Below are positions 9,009 through 21,922 of a stretch of 64,000 bases of DNA, piece by piece. A program made the position numbers and the translations under genes. The notes under the pieces were generated by a model. It was not told the DNA's origin. It was given only the letters and a program-made list of their open reading frames with translations, and did not search any database. Origin of the DNA: Sideroxydans sp. (GTDB taxonomy: Bacteria > Pseudomonadota > Gammaproteobacteria > Burkholderiales > Gallionellaceae); NCBI GenBank assembly GCA_028687425.1, contig JAQUAD010000003.1, forward strand, positions 33,945-97,944. Reading direction: 5' to 3'. Every line of letters starts with the position of its first letter. Position 1 is the first letter of the stretch.

Positions 9009-9775
9009 GTTGCGTCAGACGGTGGGTATACCGGGTGATTCTTGCGCAGCGGCAATATCCACATCTGGTACAACGAGGTGAAGATCATGATGGCTGCCGC
9101 GAGGCTATAGCCGAAACCGCCGATGATGACCAGCCAGGCGAAGTTCGGGTTCATCTTGGTCAACCACCATGCCAGCACGTCGATGATCAGGAAGCCGAAC
9201 GGCACCGAGATCAGTATCGCCTTGTGCAGCGGCGCGATGCCGGTGGCGTATGTAAATATCCAGCCTATAAAGAAGAATATGAACGAGATGCCGAACAAAT
9301 GGATGTGCGACACGCGTGTCATGGTGGTCATCGGCTGGCCTTCATCCACCGCCAGTACTTTCTTCATCTCAGCCGGATTGCTAAGGTCCGGAATCGTAGG
9401 GATGTTGGCGTGACAGGGCGAGCAATACTGGTCAATATCCATGGAGATGCGGTTGTCCCATTGTTCCTGGGAAGCGCCGGTCTCCGCCCATTTGATGATG
9501 GCCAGACGCACCTCAGGCGGAGCATTGTTCTGCATTGAACCATTCAGCTTGGCGACCAGTTTGGAACCTTCATCGCGCTTGCCGTAGTAACTGTAAACAA
9601 TATCGTCAACCGACAAGCCGAACTTGCCGTCCGCCATGCCGTGGGTCAGCATGATCTGCGCGCCGGCGAACAGCAAACCCAGCCCCACCACAAGTAGATA
9701 TCCGCTGAACAAAGTCTTTAAGGGAAGTGCTGCATTGGAGAGGGTAAAGCGCTGGATTTCCATTTTCTGCTCCAT
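9005..9775 (-). CDS. integral membrane protein with a single CXXCH (c-type heme attachment-like) motif
   Basis: By eye it has four hydrophobic segments: one N-terminal, then three after an approximately 120-aa hydrophilic loop. The loop contains QYCSPCHANIP. An SHIHLFG sequence opens the second TM. The start may be the second ATG at 9763 (MEIQRF). Confidence 0.6.
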   Translation of the reverse strand: MEQKMEIQRFTLSNAALPLKTLFSGYLLVVGLGLLFAGAQIMLTHGMADGKFGLSVDDIVYSYYGKRDEGSKLVAKLNGSMQNNAPPEVRLAIIKWAETGASQEQWDNRISMDIDQYCSPCHANIPTIPDLSNPAEMKKVLAVDEGQPMTTMTRVSHIHLFGISFIFFFIGWIFTYATGIAPLHKAILISVPFGFLIIDVLAWWLTKMNPNFAWLVIIGGFGYSLAAAIMIFTSLYQMWILPLRKNHPVYPPSDAT

Positions 9776-9841
9776 TCATTTGACCGCGCGCATTATAGCT
9801 CCAAAATTAGTAGGGTCTTATATAGCCCGGTCGGGTCATTT

Positions 9842-12016
<2,175 letters not shown>

Positions 12017-12087
12017 TTTATACAGATTCTTTCCGGTGTTTTGTTTGAAGTTTAGCGAATCCTATTGAGCGATATAGCGTTTTTTTG

Positions 12088-12122
12088 TTGTCCACATTTC
12101 CTGTGGATAACAATGTGGAGAA
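12088..12122. promoter_or_regulatory. cluster of three DnaA-box-like 9-mers upstream of priA
   Basis: TTGTCCACA lies at 12088-12096, one mismatch to TTATCCACA. TGTGGATAA at 12102-12110 is a perfect reverse complement of the consensus. TGTGGAGAA at 12114-12122 has one mismatch and is in reverse orientation. An AT-rich tract lies immediately to the left (12017-12087). Confidence 0.55.
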
Positions 12123-12231
12123 GTACCGCTGAAGTGCGCTAACTGCAAACAGTGTATACAGTTTTTTCTGCCGCCCATTTTCCATGCAGTTTATTACCCT
12201 GTTTTATTTCAATGGGTTAGACCTTCAATAC

Positions 12232-12265
12232 AAAAGGCCATGGGGTACAGCTTCCATGGCCTTTT
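12232..12265 (-). terminator. intrinsic terminator downstream of hemE (symmetric, potentially bidirectional)
   Basis: It has a perfect 12-bp stem, aaaaggccatgg / ccatggcctttt, with a 10-nt loop. On the minus strand it is followed by ttttgtatt. Confidence 0.75.
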
Positions 12266-12309
12266 GCAGAAACGACGCCTGTTCATAAAACGGCGTCTGT
12301 CAAGTGCTT

Positions 12310-13374
12310 TCAGTGATATTTTTTGCTGAGTTCGTGTACGGCCTGAACCAGCGCTGCGGCGTTTTCGGGATCGGTGTGTTGCGAGATGCCGTGACCCAGA
12401 TTGAACACGTGGCCGCTGCCGAAGCCGAAGCTGGACAACACCTTCTCCACTTCGTTGCGGATCACTTCCGGTGTGGCGAACAATACAGTCGGATCGAGGT
12501 TGCCTTGCAGCGCGACCTTGTGGCCGACCTTCTGACGTGCCACGCCGATGTCCATGGTCCAGTCCAGACCGACCGCATCGCAACCGATGTCGGCGATGCT
12601 CTCGATCCACAGGCCGCCGCCCTTGGTGAACACGATGGACGGGATGCGCACACCATCTTTTTCCTTGATCAGACCGTCCACGATGCGCTGGGTATAGGCC
12701 AGCGAGAATTCGTGGAATGCGGAATGCGACAGCGCGCCGCCCCAGGAATCGAAGATCATCACGGCTTGTGCGCCGGCTTCGATCTGCGCGTTGAGGTAAG
12801 CGGTCACCGCTTGTGCGGTCACGTTCAGGATGTGGTGCATCAGCTTGGGCTCTTTGTACATCAAGGTCTTAACCTTGGCGTAATCGTCGCTGCTGCCGCC
12901 TTCAACCATGTAGCAGGACAGCGTCCATGGACTACCGGAGAAGCCGATCAGCGGCACGCGGCCATCCAGCGACTTGCGGATCTGCGATACGGCGTCGGTC
13001 ACATACTTCAGGTCCTTGCCGATGTCCGGCACTTGCAGCGCCATGATGTCAGCTTCGGTTTCCAGCGGGCGCTCGAACTTGGGACCTTCTCCTTCGGAGA
13101 AATACAGACCCAGGCCCATCGCATCCGGCACGGTCAGAATGTCGGAGAACAGGATGGCGGCATCCAGCGGAAAGCGGTCCAGCGGCTGCAGCGTCACTTC
13201 AGTTGCAAAGTCCGGGCTCTTGCACAAGCCCATGAAGCTGCCAGCCTGGCGGCGGGTGGCACGGTATTCCGGCAGGTAACGGCCAGCCTGGCGCATCATC
13301 CACAGCGGTGTGTATTCGGTTGGCTGGCGCAGCAATGCACGCAGGAAGGTGTCGTTCTTTACTTTGAAGTTCAT
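12310..13374 (-). CDS. hemE: uroporphyrinogen decarboxylase
   Basis: The N-terminus [37 protein letters not shown] matches the canonical HemE N-terminus. The tracked ORF start at 13401 is a GTG, so I prefer the ATG at 13374. Confidence 0.95.
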   Translation of the reverse strand: MNFKVKNDTFLRALLRQPTEYTPLWMMRQAGRYLPEYRATRRQAGSFMGLCKSPDFATEVTLQPLDRFPLDAAILFSDILTVPDAMGLGLYFSEGEGPKFERPLETEADIMALQVPDIGKDLKYVTDAVSQIRKSLDGRVPLIGFSGSPWTLSCYMVEGGSSDDYAKVKTLMYKEPKLMHHILNVTAQAVTAYLNAQIEAGAQAVMIFDSWGGALSHSAFHEFSLAYTQRIVDGLIKEKDGVRIPSIVFTKGGGLWIESIADIGCDAVGLDWTMDIGVARQKVGHKVALQGNLDPTVLFATPEVIRNEVEKVLSSFGFGSGHVFNLGHGISQHTDPENAAALVQAVHELSKKYH

Positions 13375-13394
13375 GCTGATTCCCTGAATGAATT

Positions 13395-13428
13395 CCGCCA
13401 CCGGTCAGGTGGCGGATTTGTTTTTATT
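13395..13428 (+). terminator. terminator-like hairpin between gltD and hemE, with the T-tract on the plus strand
   Basis: The stem is ccgccacc / ggtggcgg with loop ggtca, followed on the plus strand by atttgtttttatt. On the minus (gene) strand the tail is only aattcattc. Confidence 0.5.
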
Positions 13429-14890
13429 ATCGTGGCAACAACGACGAGCCCATCAGGAACTCATCCACTGCACGTGCAGCCTGACGGCCTTCGCGGATCG
13501 CCCATACCACCAGCGACTGGCCGCGGCGCATATCGCCCGCCGCGAACACTTTCTTGACGCTGGTCTGGTAGCACTTGTCGCCTTCGGTAGTCGCCAGCAC
13601 ATTGCCGCGACCATCCTTCGCCACGCCGAATGCGTCCAGCACTTGCGCCAGCGGATTGGTGAAACCCATGGCGAGGAACACGAAATCGGCTTTGAGTTCG
13701 AACTCGCTATCTGCGATCTCGACCATCTTGCCTTCCTTGAATTCGACGCGCACGCACTTGATCGCCTTGAGCACGCCGTTCTCGCCGACGAATTCCTTGG
13801 TGGAGATCGCCCAGTCGCGCACGCAACCTTCGTCATGCGAGCTGGAAGTGCGCAGCTTGAGCGGCCAGTTCGGCCAGGTCATGGGCTTGTTCTCTTGCTC
13901 CGGCGCGCGCGGCATCACTTCGATCTGGGTGATGGACGCAGCACCGTGACGGTTCGATGTGCCCACGCAGTCGGACCCGGTATCGCCGCCGCCGATGACC
14001 ACCACATGCTTGCCTGCGACGTTGATCGGGTTCTTGCCGTCGCCCGCGACTTCCTTGTTCTGCGGGATCAGGAATTCCAGCGCGTAGTGCACGCCAGCCA
14101 GTTCACGGCCCGGCACCGGCAGGTCGCGCGGCTGCTCGGAACCGCCTGCCAGAATCACTGCATCGAAGTCCTTCTTCAAGGCAGCGGGGCTGACGACCTT
14201 CTTCGCATCATTCACGATGCCTTTGCCCGGCAACTCCTTGCCGACAAAAGTATTGGTCTGGAACTTCACGCCTTCTGCGGCGAGTTGCGCCATACGCCAG
14301 TCGATCAAACGCTTGTCCAGCTTGAAGTCGGGGATGCCGTAACGCATCAGGCCGCCGATGCGGCTGTTCTTCTCGAACACGGTCACAGCATGACCGGCAC
14401 GTGCCAGTTGCTGCGCGGCAGCCAGACCTGCGGGGCCGGAGCCGACCACGGCAATCTTCTTGCCGGTGCGCTTCTTGGCACGCTGCGGCACGACCCAGCC
14501 ATTCTCGCCTGCCTTGTCGATGATGGCGTGCTCGATGGACTTGATGCCGACTGCTTCGTGACCGATGTTCAGCGTACAAGCTGCCTCACACGGAGCAGGA
14601 CAGATGCGGCCAGTCACTTCCGGGAAGTTGTTGGTGGAATGCAGCACTTCGATGGCCTGCTTCCAGTCGCCGCGATAGACCAGGTCGTTCCAGTCCGGGA
14701 TGATGTTGTTGACCGGGCAGCCGTTGTTACAGAACGGAATGCCGCAATCCATGCAACGTGCACCTTGCTGGGTCGCTTCTGCGTCGGACAGATGTGCGAC
14801 GAACTCCTGATAGTGCTTCAGACGCTGTTCTACCGGTGCGTATCCCTCGCTGACGCGCTTGAATTCCTTGAATCCGGTTGGCTTGCCCAT
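13427..14890 (-). CDS. gltD: glutamate synthase small subunit (NADPH)
   Basis: It has an N-terminal Cys cluster region ([14 protein letters not shown]), an FAD motif [12 protein letters not shown], and an NADPH motif [14 protein letters not shown]. Its start overlaps the gltB stop by one nt. Confidence 0.95.
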   Translation of the reverse strand: MGKPTGFKEFKRVSEGYAPVEQRLKHYQEFVAHLSDAEATQQGARCMDCGIPFCNNGCPVNNIIPDWNDLVYRGDWKQAIEVLHSTNNFPEVTGRICPAPCEAACTLNIGHEAVGIKSIEHAIIDKAGENGWVVPQRAKKRTGKKIAVVGSGPAGLAAAQQLARAGHAVTVFEKNSRIGGLMRYGIPDFKLDKRLIDWRMAQLAAEGVKFQTNTFVGKELPGKGIVNDAKKVVSPAALKKDFDAVILAGGSEQPRDLPVPGRELAGVHYALEFLIPQNKEVAGDGKNPINVAGKHVVVIGGGDTGSDCVGTSNRHGAASITQIEVMPRAPEQENKPMTWPNWPLKLRTSSSHDEGCVRDWAISTKEFVGENGVLKAIKCVRVEFKEGKMVEIADSEFELKADFVFLAMGFTNPLAQVLDAFGVAKDGRGNVLATTEGDKCYQTSVKKVFAAGDMRRGQSLVVWAIREGRQAARAVDEFLMGSSLLPR

Positions 14891-17800
14891 TATGCGGCCT
14901 CCTTCTGCTGCAGCGCCGCAATCTCAAGCAACGCCCGACGATATTCGGTCGGCATGACCTTTACGAATTTAGGCAGGTACTTCGCCCAGTTATCCAGTAT
15001 CTCTTTGGCGCGTGCACTGCCGGTGTAGCGCAGGTGCTTCTCGATCTTGCCGCGCAGCGCTGCTTCATCCGCCTTGTTCAGGTGGTTGAAATGCACTCGA
15101 CCGTGGGCTTCGACTTCGCCCGTCTCGCTCAATGCGGCTTCTTCCGGAATGCCTTCAAGCTGGACCATGGACAGGTTGCAGCGGTGTTTGAACGTATCGT
15201 CTTCATCCAGCACGTACGCCACTCCGCCGGACATACCGGCAGCGAAGTTGCGGCCGGTCGCTCCCAATACCACCACCATGCCACCAGTCATGTATTCGCA
15301 GCCATGGTCGCCTACACCTTCCACGACGGCGACCGCACCGGAATTACGCACAGCGAAACGCTCGCCGGCCACGCCACGGAAGAACACTTCACCGGCTGTC
15401 GCGCCGTACAACACGGTGTTGCCGACGATGATGTTTTCTTCCGCGACCAGTTTGCTGTCGTCGGATGGCTTGACGATGATGCGGCCACCGCACAAGCCCT
15501 TGCCCACGTAGTCGTTGCCTTCGCCTTCAAGTTGCAAAGTCACGCCATGCGCGAGGAAGGCGCCGAAGCTCTGGCCTGCGGTGCCCAGCAACTTCACGCG
15601 GATGGTGTCGTCCGGCAGGCCGGCATTGCCATGACGCTTGGCTACTTCGTGCGACAGCATGGCGCCGACGCTGCGATTGACGTTGCAGATCTTGGTTTCG
15701 ATGGTGACCACGCGCTTCGCGTCCAAGGCTTCCTTGGCTTGGGCGATGAGATCGTTGTCGAGTGCCTTTTCCAGCTCGTGATCCTGCACTTCAGCCTGGC
15801 GGCGTGCCACTTCGGCAGCGACCTTGGGCTGGTGGAACACCTTGCTGAAATCCAGACCTTTGGCTTTCCAGTGCTTGATGCCCTTGCGCTTGTCCAGCAA
15901 ATCGCTACGGCCGATCAGATCGTCGAACTTGCGTACGCCCATCTGCGCCATCAATTCCCGCACTTCTTCGGCAACGAAGAAGAAATAGTTCACGACATGT
16001 TCCGGCTGGCCGGTGAATTTCTTGCGCAGTTCCGGATCCTGTGTGGCGACGCCGACCGGGCAGGTGTTGAGGTGACACTTGCGCATCATGATGCAGCCCT
16101 CGACCACCAGCGGTGCAGTCGCAAAACCGAACTCGTCCGCGCCTAGCAGCGCACCGATCAGTACGTCGCGTCCCGTCTTGATCTGACCGTCGACTTGCAG
16201 GCCGATACGGCCGCGCAGGTTGTTCAGCACCAGTGTCTGTTGTGCTTCGGCCAGGCCCAGTTCCCACGATGTACCGGCGTGCTTCACGGAAGACAGCGGC
16301 GATGCGCCGGTGCCGCCGTCGAAACCGGAGATCACGATGTGGTCCGCCTTGGCTTTGGAGACACCTGCGGCCACGGTACCGACACCGACTTCGGACACCA
16401 GCTTCACCGACACGGAAGCGCTCGGGTTCGAGTTCTTCAGGTCATGGATGAGCTGCGCCAGATCTTCGATGGAATAAATGTCGTGGTGCGGCGGAGGCGA
16501 GATGAGACCGACACCGGGCACCGAGTGACGCAGCTTGCCGATGTATTCGGAAACCTTGCCGCCGGGCAATTGGCCACCTTCGCCGGGCTTCGCGCCCTGC
16601 GCCATCTTGATCTGGATCTGGTCGGCGCTGGACAGGTATTCCGCCGTGACGCCGAAGCGTCCGGAAGCAACCTGCTTAATGCGTGAACGCAGCGAGTCGC
16701 CAGCCTTCATGGTCTGGTCGGCTTCGATACGTCCCTTGCCGATGATCTCGGACAGTTTCTCTCCGCCGTGCAGGGTCTTGAAACGGTTCGCGTCTTCACC
16801 GCCTTCACCGGTGTTCGACTTGCCGCCGATGCGGTTCATCGCGATTGCCAGCGTGGTGTGCGCCTCGGTGGAGATGGAGCCCAGCGACATCGCGCCAGTT
16901 GCGAAACGTTTGACGATCTCTTTGGCGGACTCGACTTCGTCCAGCGGCACAGGTTTACCTGCGGATTTGATCTCGAACAGGCCGCGCAGCGTCATCTGGC
17001 GCTGGGTCTGGTCGTTGATCAACTTCGCGTATTCCTTGTAAGTCGTGTAATTGTTAGAGCGTGTCGAATGCTGCAGCTTGGCGATAGATTCCGGCGTCCA
17101 GGTATGCTCTTCGCCGCGCGCGCGATAGGCATACTCGCCGCCGGCATCCAGCATATTGTCGAGTAGCGGATCATTGCCGAATGCCGCGATGTGCGTACGT
17201 ACGGCTTCTTCCGCGACTTCTTGGAGGCCGATACCTTCGATCTGCGTAGCCGTGCCCGGGAAGTAACTTTCAATGAAGTCGCTGTTCAGGCCGATGGCTT
17301 CGAAGATCTGCGAACCGCAATAGGATTGGTAAGTCGAGATGCCCATCTTGGACATGACTTTGAGCAAGCCTTTGTTGATTGCCTTGATGAAACGCTTGTG
17401 ACCATCTTTCGCTGCCTCTCCTGTGGGCAACTCAAAGGAGGAGATGCTGTCGAAGGCCAGCCATGGATAGACCGCTTCAGCACCGTAGCCGGCCAGCAGT
17501 GCGAAGTGATGCACTTCACGGGCCGAACCGGTCTCGACGACCAGACCTGTGCTGGTGCGCAGACCTTCACGCACGAGATGATGATGCACTGCGGCAGTTG
17601 CCAGCAACGCCGGGATCGCCACGCGCTTATCGGACAGGGTGCGATCGGACAGGATCAGCACGTTGTAGCCGGCCGCGACTGCCTTGTCGGCCTCTTTGTA
17701 CAGCGCCTTGATCGCTGCTTCGCAGCCGGCTGCGCCGTTCTTCACAGGATAGGTGATGTCCAGTGTCTTGGACTTGTATTTGCCCTTGGTGAGCTTGTCG

Positions 17801-19560
17801 ATGTTGTGCAGCTTGGCGGCATCATCGTCCGACAGCACGGGTTGATGCACTTCCAGACGCGGCGCCGGTTTGGTTTCATCCACACCCAGCAAGTTCGGCT
17901 TGGAGCCGATAAATGACGTGAGCGACATCACGATCTCTTCGCGGATCGGATCGATCGGCGGATTGGTCACTTGTGCGAACAGCTGCTGGAAGTAGTTGTA
18001 CAGCACCTTGCTGCGGCCTGACAGAACAGGCAAGGCGGCATCGCTACCCATGGAACCTGTAGGCTCTTCTCCTGCAGTCGCCATCGGCAGCATGATGAAC
18101 TTGAGGTCTTCCTGCGTGTAACCGAATGCCTGTTGCGCATCCAGCAGACTGACCGAGCTTTCCTGTTTCTTTGCGACAGAGGGCAGATCATCCAAGAAGT
18201 AGCGAGATTGCTCGATCCACTTGCGGTATGGTTTGGCGGTGGCGATCTGTTTCTTCAACTCACCGTCGTCCACGATGCGGCCCGCTTCCATATCGATGAG
18301 GAACATCTTGCCCGGTTGCAGGCGCCACTTCTTGACGACCTTTTTCTCGGCGATCGGCAACACGCCCATCTCGGACGCCATCAGTACTACGTCATCTTCG
18401 GTGATCAGGTAGCGCGCGGGACGCAGGCCGTTACGGTCCAGCGTAGCACCGATCATGCGACCATCGGTAAAGGCCACTGCTGCGGGACCGTCCCACGGCT
18501 CCATCAAAGCGGCGTGATATTCGTAGAAAGCGCGGCGCTCTTCATCCATCAGCGGATTGCCGGCCCATGCTTCCGGGATCAGCAACATCATGGCGTGCGG
18601 CAGCGAATAGCCGCCAGCCACCAGCAGTTCCAGCGCATTATCGAAACAGGCAGAGTCGGACTGACCTTCAGCGATCAGCGGCCAGAGTTTATCCAGGTCG
18701 CTGCCAAGGAAGCTGGACGACATCGCAGCATGACGCGCCGCCATCCAGTTAACGTTGCCACGCATGGTGTTGATCTCGCCATTGTGGGCGATCATGCGGA
18801 ACGGATGTGCCAAATCCCAAGTGGGGAAGGTGTTCGTAGAGAAGCGCTGGTGCACCAGCGCAAATGCGCTCACACAGCTTTCATCTTGCAGATCGAGGAA
18901 GTATTCACCAACCTGTGTTGCCAGCAACATGCCTTTGTAGACGATGGTGCGAGACGACATGGACGGGATGTAGAAACCTTCGCCCTGACCCTTGGGCAGC
19001 TTGCGAACCGCGTGTTCAGCAGTTTTGCGAATGACGAACAGCTTGCGCTCGAATGCATCCTGGTCAGCAGTCTTCTTACCGCGACCGATGAATACTTGAC
19101 GAACCAGCGGCTCAACAGCTTTTACGCTTTCACCCAAGCCGGAGCTATCGACTGGCACATCGCGCCAACCAAGGAGGGTTTGGCCTTCGGCCTTGATCTT
19201 GGCTTCAATGATCTTTTCGCATGCTGTCCGCGCCGCCTTGTTGCGCGACAGAAACAACATGCCTACACCGTACTCACCTGCTGCCGGCAGTTGGATTTTA
19301 TTCTTGGCTGTTGCCTTGCTCAGGAAGTCGTGCGGAATCTGAATCATGATGCCTGCACCATCACCCGCCAGCGGATCTGCACCGACCGCACCGCGATGCG
19401 TCAGGTTCTTCAGAATGTTCAGGCCTTCACTTACTCGGTCATGACTGGCCAGACCTTTAATATGTGCGACGAATCCGACACCACATGCATCATGTTCATT
19501 GCGCGGGTCATACAGACCTTGCTGCGCGGGCAACGAAGAATTATTCACCTTGCTCCTCAC
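14890..19560 (-). CDS. gltB: glutamate synthase large subunit
   Basis: The 1556-aa product has an amidotransferase N-terminus with catalytic Cys after a short propeptide ([16 protein letters not shown]), an FMN/FeS central domain, and a C-terminal GXGXG beta-helix region. The start is GTG at 19560. An alternative GTG at 19548 sits just after a GAGGAG sequence. Confidence 0.96.
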   Translation of the reverse strand: MRSKVNNSSLPAQQGLYDPRNEHDACGVGFVAHIKGLASHDRVSEGLNILKNLTHRGAVGADPLAGDGAGIMIQIPHDFLSKATAKNKIQLPAAGEYGVGMLFLSRNKAARTACEKIIEAKIKAEGQTLLGWRDVPVDSSGLGESVKAVEPLVRQVFIGRGKKTADQDAFERKLFVIRKTAEHAVRKLPKGQGEGFYIPSMSSRTIVYKGMLLATQVGEYFLDLQDESCVSAFALVHQRFSTNTFPTWDLAHPFRMIAHNGEINTMRGNVNWMAARHAAMSSSFLGSDLDKLWPLIAEGQSDSACFDNALELLVAGGYSLPHAMMLLIPEAWAGNPLMDEERRAFYEYHAALMEPWDGPAAVAFTDGRMIGATLDRNGLRPARYLITEDDVVLMASEMGVLPIAEKKVVKKWRLQPGKMFLIDMEAGRIVDDGELKKQIATAKPYRKWIEQSRYFLDDLPSVAKKQESSVSLLDAQQAFGYTQEDLKFIMLPMATAGEEPTGSMGSDAALPVLSGRSKVLYNYFQQLFAQVTNPPIDPIREEIVMSLTSFIGSKPNLLGVDETKPAPRLEVHQPVLSDDDAAKLHNIDKLTKGKYKSKTLDITYPVKNGAAGCEAAIKALYKEADKAVAAGYNVLILSDRTLSDKRVAIPALLATAAVHHHLVREGLRTSTGLVVETGSAREVHHFALLAGYGAEAVYPWLAFDSISSFELPTGEAAKDGHKRFIKAINKGLLKVMSKMGISTYQSYCGSQIFEAIGLNSDFIESYFPGTATQIEGIGLQEVAEEAVRTHIAAFGNDPLLDNMLDAGGEYAYRARGEEHTWTPESIAKLQHSTRSNNYTTYKEYAKLINDQTQRQMTLRGLFEIKSAGKPVPLDEVESAKEIVKRFATGAMSLGSISTEAHTTLAIAMNRIGGKSNTGEGGEDANRFKTLHGGEKLSEIIGKGRIEADQTMKAGDSLRSRIKQVASGRFGVTAEYLSSADQIQIKMAQGAKPGEGGQLPGGKVSEYIGKLRHSVPGVGLISPPPHHDIYSIEDLAQLIHDLKNSNPSASVSVKLVSEVGVGTVAAGVSKAKADHIVISGFDGGTGASPLSSVKHAGTSWELGLAEAQQTLVLNNLRGRIGLQVDGQIKTGRDVLIGALLGADEFGFATAPLVVEGCIMMRKCHLNTCPVGVATQDPELRKKFTGQPEHVVNYFFFVAEEVRELMAQMGVRKFDDLIGRSDLLDKRKGIKHWKAKGLDFSKVFHQPKVAAEVARRQAEVQDHELEKALDNDLIAQAKEALDAKRVVTIETKICNVNRSVGAMLSHEVAKRHGNAGLPDDTIRVKLLGTAGQSFGAFLAHGVTLQLEGEGNDYVGKGLCGGRIIVKPSDDSKLVAEENIIVGNTVLYGATAGEVFFRGVAGERFAVRNSGAVAVVEGVGDHGCEYMTGGMVVVLGATGRNFAAGMSGGVAYVLDEDDTFKHRCNLSMVQLEGIPEEAALSETGEVEAHGRVHFNHLNKADEAALRGKIEKHLRYTGSARAKEILDNWAKYLPKFVKVMPTEYRRALLEIAALQQKEAA

Positions 19561-19804
19561 CTAAGAGACGTTACGACTCGGCGACAACAGGCCGCCAGTG
19601 CCCAGTTATTTTTTCAAAAGGGCGGCGATGTTACCCGTTCCAGCATGGCAGGGCAACATTCCAATTCCCCCCCACTTTTAAGAAGCCTAGAATATATAGG
19701 CCAATATTTAAGTTGCGTAATTAAAACTAGGGGTTATAGAATATCTTTTATACATTTTCGCAATAGGGCGGAATTGGTGACTTAATTAATTACGGGAGAT
19801 TTCC

Positions 19805-21829
19805 GTGCGCTCAGATTTCAAACTCACAATTTCACTTACGTCCTTGTTGCTATTTTTGTCGACTGCGTTTCTTGCAGGCTGTGGAGGCAATGCCGTTACT
19901 ACCACGGGGACAACCACCACCCCGCTAGCAGCTTCAATATCACTCTCTGCAAGTAGCACTAGCGTTAAAAGTGATGGCTCATCTTCTACTGTCCTTACTG
20001 CTACCGTACTGTCTGCCAGCAATGCGGTATTGGCGGGACAAGCTGTAAGCTTTAGTGCTTCTACGGGGCAACTCAGCATCGCATCCGGCGTAACGGATGC
20101 CAATGGTCAGCTAACAGCCACTTTTTCCGGCGGCACTTCCGGCGTCAATCGCACCGCCACGATCACAGCAGTCTCTGACGCGGTTACCACCCAACTCCCC
20201 CTTCAGATCACCGGCTCGACGATTACCGCCACGAGCAGCAGCAATAGCGTTTCAGATGACGGCGCAAGCAGTGTAACCGTCACCTTCACCGCACTGGATG
20301 CAGGCAATACCCCTGTGACCGGCACTGCAATATCGTTGACTAAATCAGGCGTCGGAAATATTTCTTATACGCCTACCTCCGGTACTACTGATGCAAACGG
20401 TAAGCTGATTGTTACTGTCACCGGCGTAACCGGCGGTGCCGGCTCAGCAACCCTGACTGCATCGGCATTGGGTGCTACAGGCTCTGCCAGCATTACCGTT
20501 ACGACCACGACAGCCTCTTTCGGAATTAGCGGTTTGCAGTTGAACGCAACGGCACTGACATCTGCAAACACCAACAGCTTCACCACCGCAGCCATGAAGA
20601 CCAGCGATTCTCTTTTGGTCACGGTTGCCGCCCCTGTTGCCACCAACGTGACCTTTGCCACCACAATGGGCGTCTGGAACGGCGGCGCCTTAAACGTTGT
20701 AACAGTCCCTGTGGCAGCCGGCGTTGCCAGTGCAACTTTGACTACAACTTCAGCAGGCATCGCTACTGTGCAAGTGTTTGACCCGCTCAATCCTCAAACG
20801 TCCAGCGATTCGCTGACAGTTCCCATGACGGCGACGACACCGGCTGCCATCACGCTTCAGGCCACGCCCAGCGTAGTTCCGAAGAGTTCGGGTGGTAACA
20901 CCGGCACATCTACGCTTATTGCCACGGTGACGGACAGCAACGGCCTCCCAGTTGGCGATGCCCCTGTTGCTTTTTCCATCATCAATCCAACCGGCGGCGG
21001 GGAAACCGTTTCGCCTGTCGTTGCTTATACCACCACGACAGGCACTACCAATCTGAGTTTGGGGCAAGCACTTACAACCTTCACTGCCGGATCGCTGTCG
21101 TCAGGACAGAATGGCATTCAGGTTAGAGCACAAGTGCTAGGCACCGCTGTCGTCACAGAAGCGATGAACGACAATGCAACTGATTCCGGCAATGATGCCG
21201 CCATTGTTATTGGAGGCTCTGCTGGCTCTGTGGCCTTCGGCCAAGCCACGGTACTGGGTGTCAACTCGAATGCCAGCCAGTACATTCTGGCTATGTCGGT
21301 CATGGTCGCCGATTCCAACGGCAACCCTGCGCCGCAAGGCACCGTGGTCAACCTCAGCCTTTGGCCTATTGCCTGGAGCACTGGTCGTGCCTGCTTCTAT
21401 GATCCTGATGGCGGAGTTTGGGACGGCCTCAGCCCACTCACCAACCCCGTTTATGTAGCAGGCAATGGTGGTACGTTTTTCAATGAAGATGTAAACGAAA
21501 ACCTGGTGTTGGATGGCACCGAAGATGGCACCCGAAACTATTATGCTGACGGCACAGCGGCCCCTGGCACCGCAACCGGCGATACGCATATCACTCCAGC
21601 AAACTCGGTTGCCGGCACTGTGCCCGCGACCGTCACTACAGATGCGAACGGCATAGCTACCTTTGATCTGACCTACCCCAAGACCAGTGCTATTTGGACC
21701 GTAGTCAGGATTCGTGGCAAAACAGTGGTGCAAGGCTCGGATGCAGTCGGCGAAGTGCAGTTCCGCTTACGTGCACTCAAGACCGATGTAGAACCATGCA
21801 TCCTGCCGGATTCACCTTACGTATTCTAG
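19805..21829 (+). CDS. surface lipoprotein with tandem bacterial Ig-like (Big_1/invasin-type) domains
   Basis: A GTG start is preceded by GGGAG. It has a lipobox, LSTAFLAGCGG. Units of about 90-100 aa recur, of the type S(A/L)SASS..V..DG.S...LTAT..DA.GNP..G..V.F....G. The C-terminal roughly 200 aa are non-repetitive (LSLWPIAWSTGRACFYDPDG...). Confidence 0.7.
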   Translation: MRSDFKLTISLTSLLLFLSTAFLAGCGGNAVTTTGTTTTPLAASISLSASSTSVKSDGSSSTVLTATVLSASNAVLAGQAVSFSASTGQLSIASGVTDANGQLTATFSGGTSGVNRTATITAVSDAVTTQLPLQITGSTITATSSSNSVSDDGASSVTVTFTALDAGNTPVTGTAISLTKSGVGNISYTPTSGTTDANGKLIVTVTGVTGGAGSATLTASALGATGSASITVTTTTASFGISGLQLNATALTSANTNSFTTAAMKTSDSLLVTVAAPVATNVTFATTMGVWNGGALNVVTVPVAAGVASATLTTTSAGIATVQVFDPLNPQTSSDSLTVPMTATTPAAITLQATPSVVPKSSGGNTGTSTLIATVTDSNGLPVGDAPVAFSIINPTGGGETVSPVVAYTTTTGTTNLSLGQALTTFTAGSLSSGQNGIQVRAQVLGTAVVTEAMNDNATDSGNDAAIVIGGSAGSVAFGQATVLGVNSNASQYILAMSVMVADSNGNPAPQGTVVNLSLWPIAWSTGRACFYDPDGGVWDGLSPLTNPVYVAGNGGTFFNEDVNENLVLDGTEDGTRNYYADGTAAPGTATGDTHITPANSVAGTVPATVTTDANGIATFDLTYPKTSAIWTVVRIRGKTVVQGSDAVGEVQFRLRALKTDVEPCILPDSPYVF

Positions 21830-21842
21830 TGAGTAATTCCGT

Positions 21843-21864
21843 TGCCTGCATTGCAGCGCAGGCA
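21843..21864 (+). terminator. hairpin downstream of the Ig-like lipoprotein gene
   Basis: The stem is tgcctgc / gcaggca with an 8-nt loop, followed by ctttgatt. Confidence 0.5.
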
Positions 21865-21874
21865 CTTTGATTGC

Positions 21875-21905
21875 AAAAAAGGCATCCGATGGGGATGCCT
21901 TTTTT
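21875..21905. terminator. bidirectional intrinsic terminator between convergent Ig-like gene and dgt
   Basis: The sequence aaaaaa-ggcatcc-gatgg-ggatgcc-tttttt has an A-run and a T-run flanking a 7-bp stem. Confidence 0.85.
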
Positions 21906-21922
21906 GTTAGCGGTGCACAACT

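Noticed and set aside
12017-12309. Possible chromosomal replication origin, given DnaA boxes, an AT-rich tract and hemE adjacency as in Caulobacter.
   Set aside because: Only three good boxes plus at most one weak one fall in 293 bp. I could find no repeated 13-mer-like DUE elements. hemE-linked origins are an alphaproteobacterial feature, whereas the gene order here looks betaproteobacterial. I kept it only as a DnaA-box cluster finding.
19646-19662. TGGCAG...sequence in the gltB / Ig-like divergent region that looked like a sigma-54 -24 element.
   Set aside because: The position 10 nt after the GG is TT, not GC, so the -12 element is missing.
19805-21829. Periodic DNA repeats in the Ig-like gene considered as a possible CRISPR or other non-coding tandem array.
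   Set aside because: The periodicity is at the protein-domain scale (about 270-300 bp), it is diverged, and it sits inside one uninterrupted ORF with a lipoprotein signal. There are no short direct repeats with unique spacers.
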